Of a DNA stretch of 64,000 nucleotides, positions 13,435 through 31,034 are shown one piece after another; the first letter of the stretch is position 1, and the number at the start of each line of letters is the position of its first letter. The position numbers were made by a program, and so were the translations under genes. The stretch lies in assembly GCF_009914755.1 (NCBI RefSeq), contig NC_060927.1; one strand, written 5' to 3'. Source of the DNA: the human T2T-CHM13v2.0 reference genome, Homo sapiens. Under the pieces are notes generated by a model. The model worked only from the letters and a program-made list of their open reading frames with translations. It ran no database searches and had not been told where the DNA came from.

Positions 13435-14343
13435 GGAAAAAGCCTTTTCTGTTGATATTTATTAAGGAGAAGAATTTTGACATTATACCTGACTAATGAT
13501 CTGAATAAAAATGAGAGATTTTAAAAGATGATTTAAGTGGGAAGAATTGGCACGGGGAGTTCTCAGTTCAGTTCTCACTGGACAAAATTATGATGACAAG
13601 CCTCACAGTGGTTAAAATGTGATGCAGAGGAGCTCTTGCTCCTAAATATGGACTCTTCTTCTCTTCTTGACTTTCCTAAGATTCCTCAACTCTTGTCTAT
13701 GCAGGGGGCTGTACCTGGGATGCTCCTAGAATTCCCACTAAACCACTGGACTCATCCTTGTTCTAATCACTCACAACATTATTTCCAATCCAACCCTGGA
13801 GGTGCTTTCACTGTCTATTTCTGTGACTCTTTTGATCTGTCAAAAGCCTTTACGACGCTAAAAGGCCATTTGAAAAGCAAGGGAGAGAGATGTACAAATG
13901 ATCATCCAGGAGTGAGGCTGCAGGCCTTTCAGAAGAAGTCCCACAAGTTGAAAATTACAGCTAGTCTTTTGAATCAATTGTCCGGGTAGGATTTGGTGAC
14001 TAAGAGTGAGGTGTTTGAAGAAGGTGGTTTTGTTTCCCACTGTGGCACTCTGAAAAAATTGTTTTAAGCTCAGGTCTGACATTCTGCACCTCACTTATTA
14101 TCCCTAGCAGAACAAAATTCTTTTTGCCAAGTTTCAAGGTAAAGAAGCTAATTGCAGTAGTTCCCCCCGCCTTTCTTTAATTATTGAAACCTGGGGGAAG
14201 CACTGTAGTTGGTCTGCTTTATGAAAAGAAAAAGTATTCTTCCATACGCAAATTCATTAATGTTGTTTCATAAGATGGCTCACCCTAATTTTCACGGCTT
14301 ATCTTTGGTGCTCCTCTCTTTAAGATTTATGTTGATTAGATGT

Positions 14344-14894
14344 TGTAACAGTTATCTACTGCTGCATAACAAAACGCCCAGAAAGTAATAAACAAAAACA
14401 ATAACAATCATTCATTTTGTTCACAAATCTGAAATTTGGGCAGAGCTTGGCAGGGATGGCTCACCTCTGCCTTATGTAACATCAGCTGGGGCATCTTGAT
14501 GGGGGACTAAATGGCACCCTTTCAAGATGACCCACTCATATGACAGGCAAGTTCATGCTGTCTGTCAGGCGGGATTTCAACCAGGACTGTGGGTCAGGGA
14601 ACTCAGTTCCTCTCCACATGTATCCTCCAGGAGCTTCTTGAGCTTTGCTCTTCAGATTTCAAGAGAGAATGTCTCAAAAGAATAAGATAGAAGATCATGA
14701 CATTTTTATGGTCTAGCTTTGGAAGTCAGAATGTCACTTCTGCCATAATCTATTGGTTGAAGTAGTCAAAGGCCTACCCAGATTAAAAGAGGAGACACAG
14801 ACCCCATTTCTTCAAAAAGTAATGTCAAGTTCTAAATGAGCCTATAGGATGGAGGTTATTGTTGCAGCCATTTTGGAAAATACAGCCTGCCACA
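14344..14894 (-). mobile_element. MLT1H MaLR LTR
   Basis: cagttatctactgctgcataacaaa...gccattttggaaaatacagcctgccaca. Confidence 0.8.
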
Positions 14895-14929
14895 GATGTC
14901 AAAACAGTGGCTAACATTCACCAGAACAA

Positions 14930-14954
14930 ATGTGTGTGTGTATGTGTGTGTGTG
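14930..14954. repeat. (TG)n microsatellite
   Basis: Direct reading. Confidence 0.85.
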
Positions 14955-15641
14955 AGAAGAATAGCCTGGAGAAGAGCTGTTGGTTACCTCTCCTCATATA
15001 TTCATGAAAGAATGTCCATACCCATCATCAGAAGAAGGAAATATCCAAGGATTTCCTTCTGATCTCTCACTCTATACTCCCTTGTCCTTTTCTCCCAAGG
15101 AATGAAGTAGGGCTAATTGCTGGTGCTACTGCATTGAAACTCAGACGGGGCTGAGTTTTTCTCCCTTGCAAGAAAGCCTGAGGAAAAATCTATACAATGG
15201 GTAGTTAGAAATTGTCCTTTTTGTGTTCCTGTGGAGACAAGACTGAGTGAAGTCTGAGTCATCAGGTTCACCATCTTTCAAATTCTCCACTGGGTGGGTA
15301 AGTTAGGGTTCTGTGTATCCCTATATCAGAAGGAGGGAGGGACAGATGAGAGGACCTGCCATGTTCTTTAATCCAAACTTACGAGTAATAAGGCAGCTAT
15401 TATTCCATGCCTCAGTTGGTTCCTTGCTGTTATTTATCAACTAATTAAGAACCCAGATCACAGGGAGGGTATAATTAGCATCCCTAAACTCTCAATATAT
15501 GTATAACTAAAGTTCAATCCATGGCTCAAAATTATTTTCTTATATAAAGGCAATGGAGTTTGAAATAGGCTAAGGCAAATTCTGTACTGCTTGAGCTTGG
15601 TGTTGAAAAAGCAGGACAGCATATTAGACAGAGTAGCTCAG

Positions 15642-15985
<344 letters not shown>

Positions 15986-16459
15986 TTATCTGGAGATCTT
16001 GAGGAAATTAGTCAGTTTGAGCCTCTCTCCTAGCCCCATCCCGTCTATTGACAAGGAGACCTCAGGGACCTCCAAGGCACTGAATAATAATTGCCTTATT
16101 ACTCATAAGGTTGAATTAAAGAACATGGCAAATCCTCATCTCTCCCTCCTCCTTTCTGATCTAGGGATCCACAGAACCCAAAGTTACTCATCCAGATATT
16201 GGTGGAGAATTTGGAAGATGGTGCTGCCACTGCTTCCCAGGTATCTCAACAAGCTTCCTGAGCTGGATGTCCAGGGTACTAGCTCCATCTGTCCTTAGGC
16301 AATATGTTGTCCTGATCCACAGTCCAGGATTGAAGCACCCAGGGAATTCAGCCTGACACTCTGTTTCCCTTTTATCTGGGATATTGGGCATCAAAGATTT
16401 TTCCTAATTTTCCCACTGAGGTTGTTGCCCTTGGAGGAAGCCTGCTCTATACCTAATTG

Positions 16460-16915
16460 GCATTCATTCAGGCAGTCACTCATCATTCTGTATTGAGTGC
16501 CCACTTTTCCAGGCACTGTGCTGTATACTGGCTAAAGGGTTGGGAGTAAAACTGATCTAGTCCTTGGTATCATACAACTTAAAAATCAAATGGGAGAAGC
16601 AGACTATAAACCATAAACAGACCCCCAAGCCTAAATAATATGTAATTGCAAATTGTGGTAAGTACTTTAAAAGAACTAAACAGGGTAGAGAGGTAAGATA
16701 GAGATGAGGTATCAACTAAGATAGGCCTAGCATTTTGTCTTATTCTAGCTTACATTTTTGGAGAACTTTATTCCTACTTTCCTCATGCCCAATACTGAAT
16801 AATAATAATAATAACAATAGTACTACTAATGATAACAATTCTTAACACTTATATAGCACTGACCATGCTATATAAGGCACTTTTGTAAGTGGTTTTCATG
16901 TGTTACCTCATTTAA
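16460..16915 (-). mobile_element. L2 3' fragment, (AAT)n and MIR fragment
   Basis: cattcattca...tattgagtgccc...ccaggcactgtgct; then taacacttatatagcact...tcatttaa. Confidence 0.55.
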
Positions 16916-18099
16916 CATGGTATTGGTTAATGGCCTGGATTGCACTAGAACTTAAGATCTGCTGTTAGCTGTTACCTAACTGTCTTGCCCTTCTTTCCCC
17001 AACTTCACACACACAAATCCACCAAGCCCCATCAGCTTCTCCTTGCAACCTGACCCCTATTTAGATGAGGAGTTGAGCAGCATTTTGGTTTGGTCTACAG
17101 TTATGATTGCTGACCTCGTCTTAGGACTCTGCTTCGGCCTCTGTGTGTCCTGCACAATTCCCTCACTCCCTGCTGTCTCCTTGCTTGGAGTTCCCAGCAT
17201 AGTGCATGGATGCAGCATTGATCAATCCTATCAGGAAACCAATCTTATCAATATCCAGCTGGAAGGAAAAATACCCATTACAAAGATATGGAAAATAAAA
17301 TTCAGTCTGGAGATTTCAAAATCACACAGAAGAGATAAGCTTGGCCATGCTAGTTTTTCTAACATAGTTTTAGCAGCTGAATCTTTTTGTAAATAAAATA
17401 TTATTTGGAGATCTTAGTATATAAGACAGTTAAAGACTCATGAAGGATCTAAGACTACCTTTCTCACCTTTAGGGGACCCAAGTCAGCTCTATGGAACTG
17501 TATAATTATATAGAATTCAATTTTAAACACTGCATTGAGCAATAAGAAGCAACTGTGGGCAATTAAATAGAGAATTGACATTTTTTAAAGCATAGTTTTA
17601 GGAAACAAGTTTTGCAGTAATATACAGGAATAGTTAAGAGAGGAAAAATGGAGTTGAGATTCTAGCAGATTGTTGCTGATCTTTTAATTTGAGATGATAA
17701 TAATGCTTTTAATTTGTATAGTATGTTCAAAATATAAACTTATGTACATTATTTCATTCATCCTCACATCACTGCCATGTGATATGTGAGGGGACTGACA
17801 TGACCTTCATTATATATTTGAGGATTACTTATTCATAAGAACCATGTAACAATAGGTAAACTAAGAAATATAGTTCAGATTGTAAGATAAGATCCTTCTC
17901 TTCTTTGCAAGGTATTAGCTTTCAGGCATGGACCTGAGGAAATGGACACAGGACAGATGTCTTTCAATAAAGAAAATGGAATTGATTCAGAGCAGTGTTT
18001 TCTGAGAGGTGTTCTTGGGATGTTTATAGGTATATTCATGGGTGTTATGTGAAGGGACTGGAACCATTCTCAGATGTGGCTGGGAAACACCAGGTTTAA

Positions 18100-18690
18100 C
18101 TTTATTGTTATTGTTGTGGTTTTTTAAACTTTATTTTAGGCTCGGATGTACATGCGTGGTTTGTTGTATAAGTAAACTCATGTCATGTGGGTTTGTTGTA
18201 CAGATTATTTCATCACCCAGTTATTAAGCCTAGTCCTCATTAGTTTTTTTTTTCTGATCCTCTCCCTCCTCCACCTTCTATGTCCCCCCGTTTATGTCCT
18301 TGTTTTCTCATCATTTAGCTCTCGCTTATAAGGGAGAACATGTGGTATTTGGTTTTCTGTTCCTGCTTTAGTTTGCTAAGCATAATGGCCTCCAACTCCG
18401 TCCATGTTCCTGCAAAGGACATGATCTCATTCTTCTGTATGGCTGCATAGCATTCCATGGTGTATATGTACCACATTTTCTTTATCCAGTCTACCATTGA
18501 TGGGCATCTAGGTTGATTCCATGTCTTTACTATTGTGAATAGTGCTGTAATGAACATAGGCATGCATGTATCTTTATGGTATCATAGAAAGATTTCTATT
18601 CCTTTGGGTATATACTCAGTAATGGGATTGCTAGGTCGAGTGGTAGTTCTGTTTTGAGTTCTTTGAGGAATCACCACACTGCTTTCCACA
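18100..18690 (-). mobile_element. 5'-truncated older L1PA (PA13-16-like)
   Basis: ORF 18315-18563 is the L1 ORF2 C-terminus (WNQPRCPSMVDWIKKMWYIYTME); 3'UTR ttgtacagattatttcatcacccag. Confidence 0.85.
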
Positions 18691-18859
18691 TATTATTTTT
18701 TAACCTAGTGCTATGTATAAGTTTAACAAAGCTAATGAGCATTAACCGTTTCTAACTGAGCATATAACATAAAGAATCTCCCATACTTTTTTGACGTAGG
18801 ACTCTGTCTTCAGGGGCAGCTCTCAGAATTTGGTGAAGCTCAATAAGATGAATTTTGCT

Positions 18860-19090
18860 TGGTCATTGTTGCACCTACTCACCTCTGCCACTGTAACATG
18901 AAATAGAGAATAGGTTAAAAAAGCAAGCATGACTGTGTTCCAATAAAACCTTAGGAACATTGAAATTTAAATTTCATATAATTTTCATGTGTCTGAAAAT
19001 ATTCCTGTTTTGATTGTTTTCCAACCTTTTTAAAGTGTAAAATTTATTCTTAGTTCTTGGCTGTACAAAAACAGCCAGCAGGTTGGATTA
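18860..19090 (+). mobile_element. MER58B hAT-Charlie fossil
   Basis: actcacctctgccactgta...gtgttccaataaaac...tgaaatttaaatttcatataattttcatgtgtc. Confidence 0.7.
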
Positions 19091-20104
19091 TAGATTTTAG
19101 GGCACTCTGTAGGAAGGGACTGGCCTCAGGGTGGGAGGAATGCACAGATAGACACGAGGTCAAAGACATCTGTGGTTTGGGAAAGAGCAGGGATAGCGGT
19201 GAAGGCTGACTTTACTGCGCTCAGAATTCAGCCCAGGGCTGGGCACTGCGGTAAAGTGTAATTTTGTGAGAACTTTAGTTTATCTCAGCTTGTTATATGT
19301 AGCTGGGCCACTTACCTGTGGCAGCAAGGTTTGGGGTAAACTCACAACATTACTGTCAGGCAAACAATGCCCCAAACAGCAGTTGCAAGACGGCTCATTG
19401 ACTCTTGTCTGAAGAAACTTTGTCAACCCTCACTTGCTGTCTTTCTCCTTGATAAATGCTAATCTCTCCTATCAAATTCCCTTCTAGACACCAGGCAGGT
19501 ATTTTGACTTTCTCTTAAGGATCTTTGGGTTATTGCACTGTAAATACCATTCATTTATCTCAAGGCAATGTTTGAAACAAAATAAGTTCTCTGTTAGCCA
19601 TAATTTCCATCCCTTCTAACAGAATGGGTACAAAAACTAGGAAATACTTGAATTAACAAGTATTTCCACACTCTCATCATTTTCCCACCTATGCTTCATT
19701 TGCCAAAGTACAGGCTTGATAGGGTTGAGGATGAGAAACGCAGAGAAACATTTCACCCCTGAACTTACTTCCATCTCTACCCAAAGACAAATAGTTTAAA
19801 TGGTATTTTCCCCAAAAGTTCAGTAGTCATTTGAGCTTTTTAAACGTCTTTTCTTCTGATTTCAAAAGCAACACATATTCGTGGGAAAGATTTTGAAAGA
19901 GATAGCGAAGGGAAGAAAAAAATCTCCTTAACCCACCATGAGGAAATAATAGCAACTTATATGTTGCTTGTCTTTAAGGTATTTTAATGTACAGCTAATA
20001 AAAATTAGCTCAATTTGTGCATACTGCTTCAAAACAGAAATTTTTTTCACTAAATGTAGTGATTTTCCAGTGATAGGTTAAATGCAATTTGGCCTTAATT
20101 GATA

Positions 20105-20545
20105 ATCCCCAAAGTTCGTTCCACAGAACACTATTTCTGTGGGTAGCTAACAGGCATTTGGAAAAAATGAGAGGAGAGTTATGGTCAAATACATGTGGGA
20201 AATGTGAAATGCTGGGTTAGATACAGTTAAACAGGCTTCTTTGTCTCAAGGGTTCTAAGGGGTTACCTTTAATATGTATCTTTAGACATTTAATATCTTT
20301 AATATGTATGAAGATAATATATATGAAGATACTATACATATCTTCATATGATAGTATCACTATTGTATCATACATACATGATATAAAGATATATATAGTA
20401 TCTTCAATATGCTGATGGGTATTATAAATCCTCAGAATAAAGACTAGAGTGCTTAGTGTTTCCCAACTCGTTGAACCACAAAATTCTTCTCTCCTCTAAG
20501 AATCTCATAAAACTTTTGATCCACCACACACCCTGGGAGACACAA
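20105..20545. mobile_element. MER103-like hAT-Charlie element with an AT-rich palindromic insert
   Basis: gttccacagaacact...tggtcaaata...gctgggtta...gttaaacagg...tttcccaact; family name tentative. Confidence 0.55.
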
Positions 20546-23329
20546 GCCAAAATCATTAGGACCTGAAATTGAAACTTTGCATTTCTTATGGACCTTTAAG
20601 ATACAAATTTCCCATTTCTGAAGAACTTTTTAAAGTTTTGCTGCAAATGTATTGCTTGGAAGAAATATAACTGAACTTCCTTGTAGTTACATTTAATATT
20701 GTTTTACTTTAATCAGAATAATTCAACTAATGACATTTAACTCTAAGGAAAACAGTGGTATTATATTATTGGTTGAAAATAGATGGTCCACTGGGGAAAA
20801 ATATCCAATGTGAACATTCTTTGATAGTAGAGTAAGATTTTAATATTTTTCAATAAAACTTAACACTGTTTAGCTCCTTCAGCAAAAGGCTTATTCTGTA
20901 CACAAGAATGTCCTTGAGAGTCTACAGTGAGAATACTCTTTCCGTATGATGAACTCCAATCTCAGACTTGCTGCTTAATCATTGGTGGTGCATAGTGGGC
21001 CATGGTGCAACATAATTTAATTTTCATTTTGTCTGGAACTGCCTCAAAGTCTTAGCTTCACAGGTATATACTTGGAGTTAGTTTTATATAATATCATGGC
21101 ACCTTTGGGCAAATAGTGGACAGAACAAACTTCAGTAGGCTGGCCATTCATAGCCCCATTCTGAGACACTTCTTCCAAGTCAAAGGTGGTTAAAGCCAAT
21201 TAGTTCTGGGAGGATAATCTGACCCTGAGAGAGTCTATCTATAGGGAATAGTGATCACCTGAAACAATAAAATCTAGAGAGCTAGACTATGATTCAGAGA
21301 GTCAGTGAGCTGATGATAAGAGTGGACCCAGAGAGCAAAATAGAGGTAGAGAGAATGGCAGTCACACAAGTAGGTATAGTCCTAAGGTAAAATACAGGAA
21401 CCCATGTTTGGGGCCTTTCTGACCTTCAGGGCCCCAGGCCATGAGTCCCATTGCCATGTTGCCAGGAGGCCTGGCTGTGCACTTTTCCTGAGTGAGGCTG
21501 GTCAGTGGTTGAGATTCTTGTTTTGCTTTTTTCCCCAGGTATTTTCATGATGAGCTCACCTTAAGCAATACTGAATAAGACTTTCTTCAAAATGAGAAGA
21601 GTACAGCTCACACAGGTAGAAAACACAGCTGGAAAAATGGTGACTGACTTTCCTTCTTACTGCTGCCTTAATAAAACACCTGTTTCATATATCCAGGAGG
21701 GAAAGGGGATGCTTCCTGATTTCTGTGTCTCATCAGCTGGACGTACCTCGGGAATTACTCTAGAGCTTCAGATTTTTAGCCTAAAGGTTGTTATAGGTGG
21801 ATGGGCTTCAGCGTATCTGTGAATCCTCTAATAATGTAGGCAATTTTTTTGCCTATGTACATTTTTCAGGGTGAGCTATCATTTAAAACTTTCTCCAGAC
21901 CCTCAAAGATGCCTGACTCAAAAACAGTTATAGATAGAAAGGAAAATTTAGGCCTGTTTGTTTTTGATCCATGTGCTTTTTCTATAGATCAAATATCTTG
22001 ACTTTCTATACTAAAGTGTTAGGTTTTTTTTTTTTTTTTGGTAATTTCTCTGAATCCATTTTGCGTAACTAAGTTTTATTTCCTTTGGATCCCCCACAGC
22101 TTGACACTACTACTTTTATCTTAAAAGACAGGGAGTAGAAGTGTCTCTGTTTCTATTTGATGCATAAATAAATAGCACAGAAAAAAATGTTCAGAGAGTC
22201 AAAATCTTATTTAAAGTTGTAAAGTGACATATTTTTCTGGCCTCATAATGTCTCATGCCAAGGCTTTCAAGTTGAAAGTACATCCATTTACAAAACCATC
22301 CACATCTCTCTGCTTGTCCTATCTATCTCCTCCCCTCTTTCTCTCTTGCTCTCTCTCAGACTCACCAAATATAATTCGCAATTCCAGGGTGTTTATAAAG
22401 AAAAGGGGACAGCTAATGTAGTCACTTTAATAATGTATTAAAAAATGAGAATCCTTGAAAATGCCAAAAGAAAAAAAACCAGCAGAAGGTAAAAAGCAAA
22501 ACTATCTCTTGATAGTGTTGAAATCTACGCATAAGGAGAGGGGAGACAGCTAGTGAAGTCATGTTTAAAAATGAATACAAGAATGAATTTCTGTGAAGAT
22601 GCCAAAACCACACAAGCTGAAAAATAAAACTTTCTCTCAAGAATGTGTTAAAATCTACCCATAACAGTAGACATTTTTAACTGAAATAAAATTTTGTTTG
22701 GCCTTGAATAATGAATCCATATGCTGAGGCAGCAAAGCAGGTTAAGAAGGTTATGACCCTAATTTACTAATGAGGAAATCGAAACATGAATCAGGGCTGC
22801 CTGGGGAAACTCAGTAAGATGGCAGCCCTGGATGGTCTAGGAGTGTTCCTCTCTCAGGCCTATGGCTAGATCAATGACCCCTGCTGTCTTCATGCTGGTG
22901 TCCATCAGAGGGAGTTCCGATAGTAATGGAGGAAGTGATTTGAAATGAATCTATCTAAAAGGAAAAGAGCACATAGGAGCGTTCATAGTCTCACAGGTTG
23001 GTCCTTGTTATAATCTAGATATGTAAATCTTTAGAAAGCTTTCAAGTGATGGCTTCAAAGATTATATTTCTCTTCATTTTTTACAAGATTTTCATGTTCT
23101 AATTCTTGCCTATTAACCTTTGTTTGAAAAAAGCATCACTTGGTTTAGATAACAGGAGTAAATAGATAATTTCAAGGAGGATTTAAAAAGTAGGCAATGG
23201 TACAACTTTAAAACACACTCCCATAGATAAACAATGATGAATTTATTCTTAAATTCCCTTGACAATATGTGAGTCAAAAATAATTCTGTCAAGAAACCCA
23301 AAATACCTTATTCCCATTTTTCCTCCTTT

Positions 23330-23970
23330 TAAAAAATTTTGAAATGTTAACAAATATACTGAAATGTGCATAAAACATCAATTTACAACTTAACAAATTG
23401 TAGGAAAATGGATTCATGTTCTCCATTCAGGTCAAGCAAGACAAGCCTCTTTTGTGCCCCTCGTTATCATAAGCTCTTCTTTCTTTGAGGAAACGTACCA
23501 TTCTTACTGTTATGCCATTCACATCTTTGCTAGTCTTTATTGTTTCACTACCTAAGTATGCATTACTAAACAATGTAGTTCAATTCATGTTATTTGAAAT
23601 CATGCAATATACTCTGGCATGTCTGAATTTAACATTTTTACTCAATATTATGTCTTTAAGATTCAACTGCAGTTTGTGAGTTTTCATTATCGTGTGGTAT
23701 TCCATTGTGAAACTATATCACAGTTTGTTTATCCAGTGTTCAGTTCATGGACATTGGGTTGTTTCCAGTTAGAGGCTATTACAAAGAATGCTTCAATGAA
23801 CATTCCTATACAAGTCTTTTGGTGCACTTAAGTATGTGTTTCTGTAAAGTATGTACCTAAGAATGGAAAAACTGGTTCATTAATGTATGTGTATCTTCAG
23901 CTTTATTAAACACTGCCAAACTTCTTCCAAAGTAGCTATACCATGCTTAGGCCTTTCTATTTTTAATTAT
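23330..23970 (-). mobile_element. old L1M (MC/ME) 3' fragment
   Basis: tggacattgggttgtttccagtt...aacattcct...tacctaagaatggaa. Confidence 0.65.
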
Positions 23971-25034
23971 TATAATGGTGTACCCAAATCATGTGGTTAA
24001 GGACTGCACCTGGTTTTCCTGGCAAGAATAGGTTGGCAAATTGGTTTGGAAACTACTCTGTCTGCCAACTCTTGTTTCCCTTGATTAACTTACCCCTAGA
24101 GATACACTACTTCAGACATATCTCTTCCCTTTGCCCTGATAATAGTCATCTTTGTTTTTATATCAACCTGTGACCTGTTTCAATATAGCTATATGCAAGT
24201 TGCAATTACGGAACTTAGAAAGGCAATATCGGGAAAATAATTTGCATTGGACATAATTTCCCTTGGGTTTAAAGCATCTATATTAAGCTTCTATGATGTG
24301 TAGTACAATCTGGTTTATTTTATTTTTTATTTTTAAGGCTATTTAAGTGATGCCAATGTAACAGAATGACTTAACACAGTTAAATGCCAAACTGGGATTT
24401 AAAATACCAATGTTTTCTTCTTTAAAGTTGGATCCCTTCAGGATATTATGAAGATGCAAGCATCTTCATGGCAGTCTGTCACCTTGTGGCTCCAGAACTT
24501 GAAAGCTCATCATGTTCATGGATCAGCACCATTTATACTTATTAATATTTTTAGTGTCTGCCTTATAAATCAGGCACAAAATGCAGGGCTTTTAAAAATA
24601 GCCTTCTAAATCTTTTCAGGCTTGATACACTCTGCTAAAATGAGTTGTTGATATCAGCATCTCCTTTCCTCTTGCTGGCTTGTCTCTGAATAATGGCTAC
24701 ACCTGTGTTTGATTCAGGACCATCAAAGGTCTCCAAAGATTTAACTGTTACTGGCCTGTGCTTCTGCAATACCCTCACAATAACCATCATTTCATTATTC
24801 TATCCAAGTATAGGCTCCAATAATTCACAACTAGGAGCCAGGGTCCTGCGGCTAAATTTTGGTCCAGCTTACCTAAGTACTAGGCAGTAAGGAGATCTCA
24901 CATTAAAAGAAGTAAATATTTACTTGCTCAAAGTAAAGTTTAAGACAGTCTGGTTGATGTCTATTGTGACAATTGCATAGTATTAAAAGTTTGGGGGAAT
25001 ACACAGACACCAATGTATTTTGTGAGTTGGTCAT

Positions 25035-25422
25035 TGCTATGGTTTAGATGTTTGTCCCCTCAAAAACTCATGTTAAAATTTAATTGCCATTGTAATAGAG
25101 CTAAGAAGCGGGAGCTTTAAGAGGTGATTAGGCCACGAGGGCTCCATTCTCATGGGTGGGATTAATGCTATTATAAAAGGATGAGTCTGCCCCCTCTTTG
25201 CCTCTTTGTCCTTCCACCTTCCACCACGTGAGGAGAAAACCTTTCTTTCTTCTGGAAGACACAGCATTCAAGGCACTATCTTGGAGTCAGAATCACCAAA
25301 CCTGCCAGCACCTTGATATTGGACTTCCCAGTCTCCAGAACTGTAAGCCAAGAAATTTCTGTTCATTATAAATTGCCCAGTCTGTGGTATCCTTTTATAG
25401 CAGCACAAAATGGACTAAGGCA
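25035..25422 (+). mobile_element. MSTC-like MaLR solo LTR
   Basis: TGCTATGG...GGACTAAGGCA termini, 5-bp TSD gtcat/gtcag. Confidence 0.85.
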
Positions 25423-25497
25423 GTCAGTCATTTTGTATTTATATAATATAAATGATACAGTCCCCAACCTTAGGGAGATTGAAATTCAATTCAGGAG

Positions 25498-25556
25498 ATT
25501 ATATACATACATATGGAATTATACACATACATATAAATTATATACATACATATGGA
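25498..25556. repeat. ~20-bp AT-rich minisatellite, 3 copies (attatatacatacatatgga)
   Basis: Direct reading. Confidence 0.75.
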
Positions 25557-26140
25557 TATAACTAAAGAGTAAGTGATAGGGTATACAGCACAGTATAACA
25601 AGTATAACAAGACTTTAGGAGTTTAGAGAATAACCAAGTCCACAAAGTCAGGGACTAAAGTAAGAACTGGCAGAGGGTTTGAAGGAAGTTGGACAGGAAG
25701 AAAAAGAGCAGGGTCAGGAAAAACACTCATGAAACACAATGACGGCATATAAGAATGGCAGAGAGACTGGTCTGACATGGCTGGGTCATGTTTGGGAGCT
25801 AGGTGAAATGATGCTGGCTACCTAGGTATGGAGATTCACCCATGGAGAGTTTTTTGTTTTTTGGTTTTTTTTTTTTTTGCTTGTGCAGAATCATCCCAAT
25901 CTTTTTTTTATATATTTTATTTTTTAATTTTTTTTTATTATACTTTAAGTTTTAGGGAACGTGTGCACAATGTGCAGGTTAGTTACATATGTATACATGT
26001 GCCATGCTGGTGCGTTGCACCCACTAACTCATCATCTAGCATTAGTATATCTCCCAATGCTATCCCTCCCCCGCCACCCCACCCCACAACAGTCCCCAGA
26101 GTGTGATGTTCCCCTTCCTGTGTCCATGTGTTCTCATTGT

Positions 26141-29958
<3,818 letters not shown>

Positions 29959-29985
29959 TATGATGTTAGCTGGTTATTTTGCTCG

Positions 29986-31034
29986 TTAGTTGATGCAGTT
30001 TCTTCCTAGTCTCGATGGTCTGTACATTTTGGCATGATTTTGCAGCGGCTGGTACCGGTTGTTCCTTTCCATGTTTAGCGCTTCCTTCAGGAGCTCTTTT
30101 AGAGCAGGTCTGGTGGTGACAAAATCTCTCAGCATTTGCTTGTCTGTAAAGTATTTTATTTCTCCTTCACTTATGAAGCTTAGTTTGGCTGGATATGAAA
30201 TTCTGGGTTGAAAATTCTTTTCTTTAAGAATGTTGAATATTGGCCCCCACTCTCTTCTGGCTTGTAGAGTTTCTGCCAAGAGATCTGCTGTTAGTCTGAT
30301 GGGCTTCCCTTTGTGGGTAACCCAACCTTTCTCTCTGGCTGCCCTTAACATTTTTTCCTTTGTTTCAATTTGGTGAATCTGACAATTATGTGTCTTGGAG
30401 TTGCTCTTCTCAAGGAGTATCTTTGTGGCGTTCTCTGTATTTCCTGAATCTGAATGTTGGCCTGCCTTGCTAGATTGGGGAAGTTCTCCTGGATAATATC
30501 CTGCAGAGTGTTTTCCAACTTGGTTCCATTCTCCCCGTCACTTTCAGGTACACCAATCAGACACAGATTTGGTCTTTTCACATAGTCCCATATTTCTTGG
30601 AGGCTTTGTTCATTTCTTTTTATTCTTTTTTCTCTAAACTTCCCTTCTCGCTTCATTTCATTCATTTCATCTTCCATCACTGATACCCTTTCTTCCAGTT
30701 GATCGCATTGGCTCCTGAGGCTTCTGCATTCTTCACGTAGTTCTGGAGCCTTGGCTTTCAGCTCCATCAGCATCTTTAAGCACTTCTCTGTATTGGTTAT
30801 TCTAGTTATACATTCGTCTAAATTTTTTTCAAAGTTTTTAACTTCTTTGCCTTTGGTTTGAATTTCCTCCTGTAGCTCGTTGGTTGATCGTCTGAAGCCT
30901 TCTTCTCTCAACTCGTCAAAGTCATTCTCCGTCCAGCTTTGTTCCAATGCTGGTGAGGAACTGCGTTCCTTTGGAGGAGGAGAGGTGCTCTGCTTTTTAG
31001 AGTTTCTAGTTTTTCTGCTCTGTTTCTTCCCCAT
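29986..31034 (-). pseudogene. disrupted L1 ORF1 (RNA-binding chaperone)
   Basis: MGKKQSRK start; 1-bp frameshift near 30370 (RFTK/VEMKEKM); native stop TAA>TAC gives a short read-through. Confidence 0.92.

Noticed and set aside
13636-13989. 117-aa ORF in non-repeat DNA (similar cases at 17043, 43743, 63047)
   Set aside because: Non-ATG starts in the track, no recognisable domain and no convincing splice context
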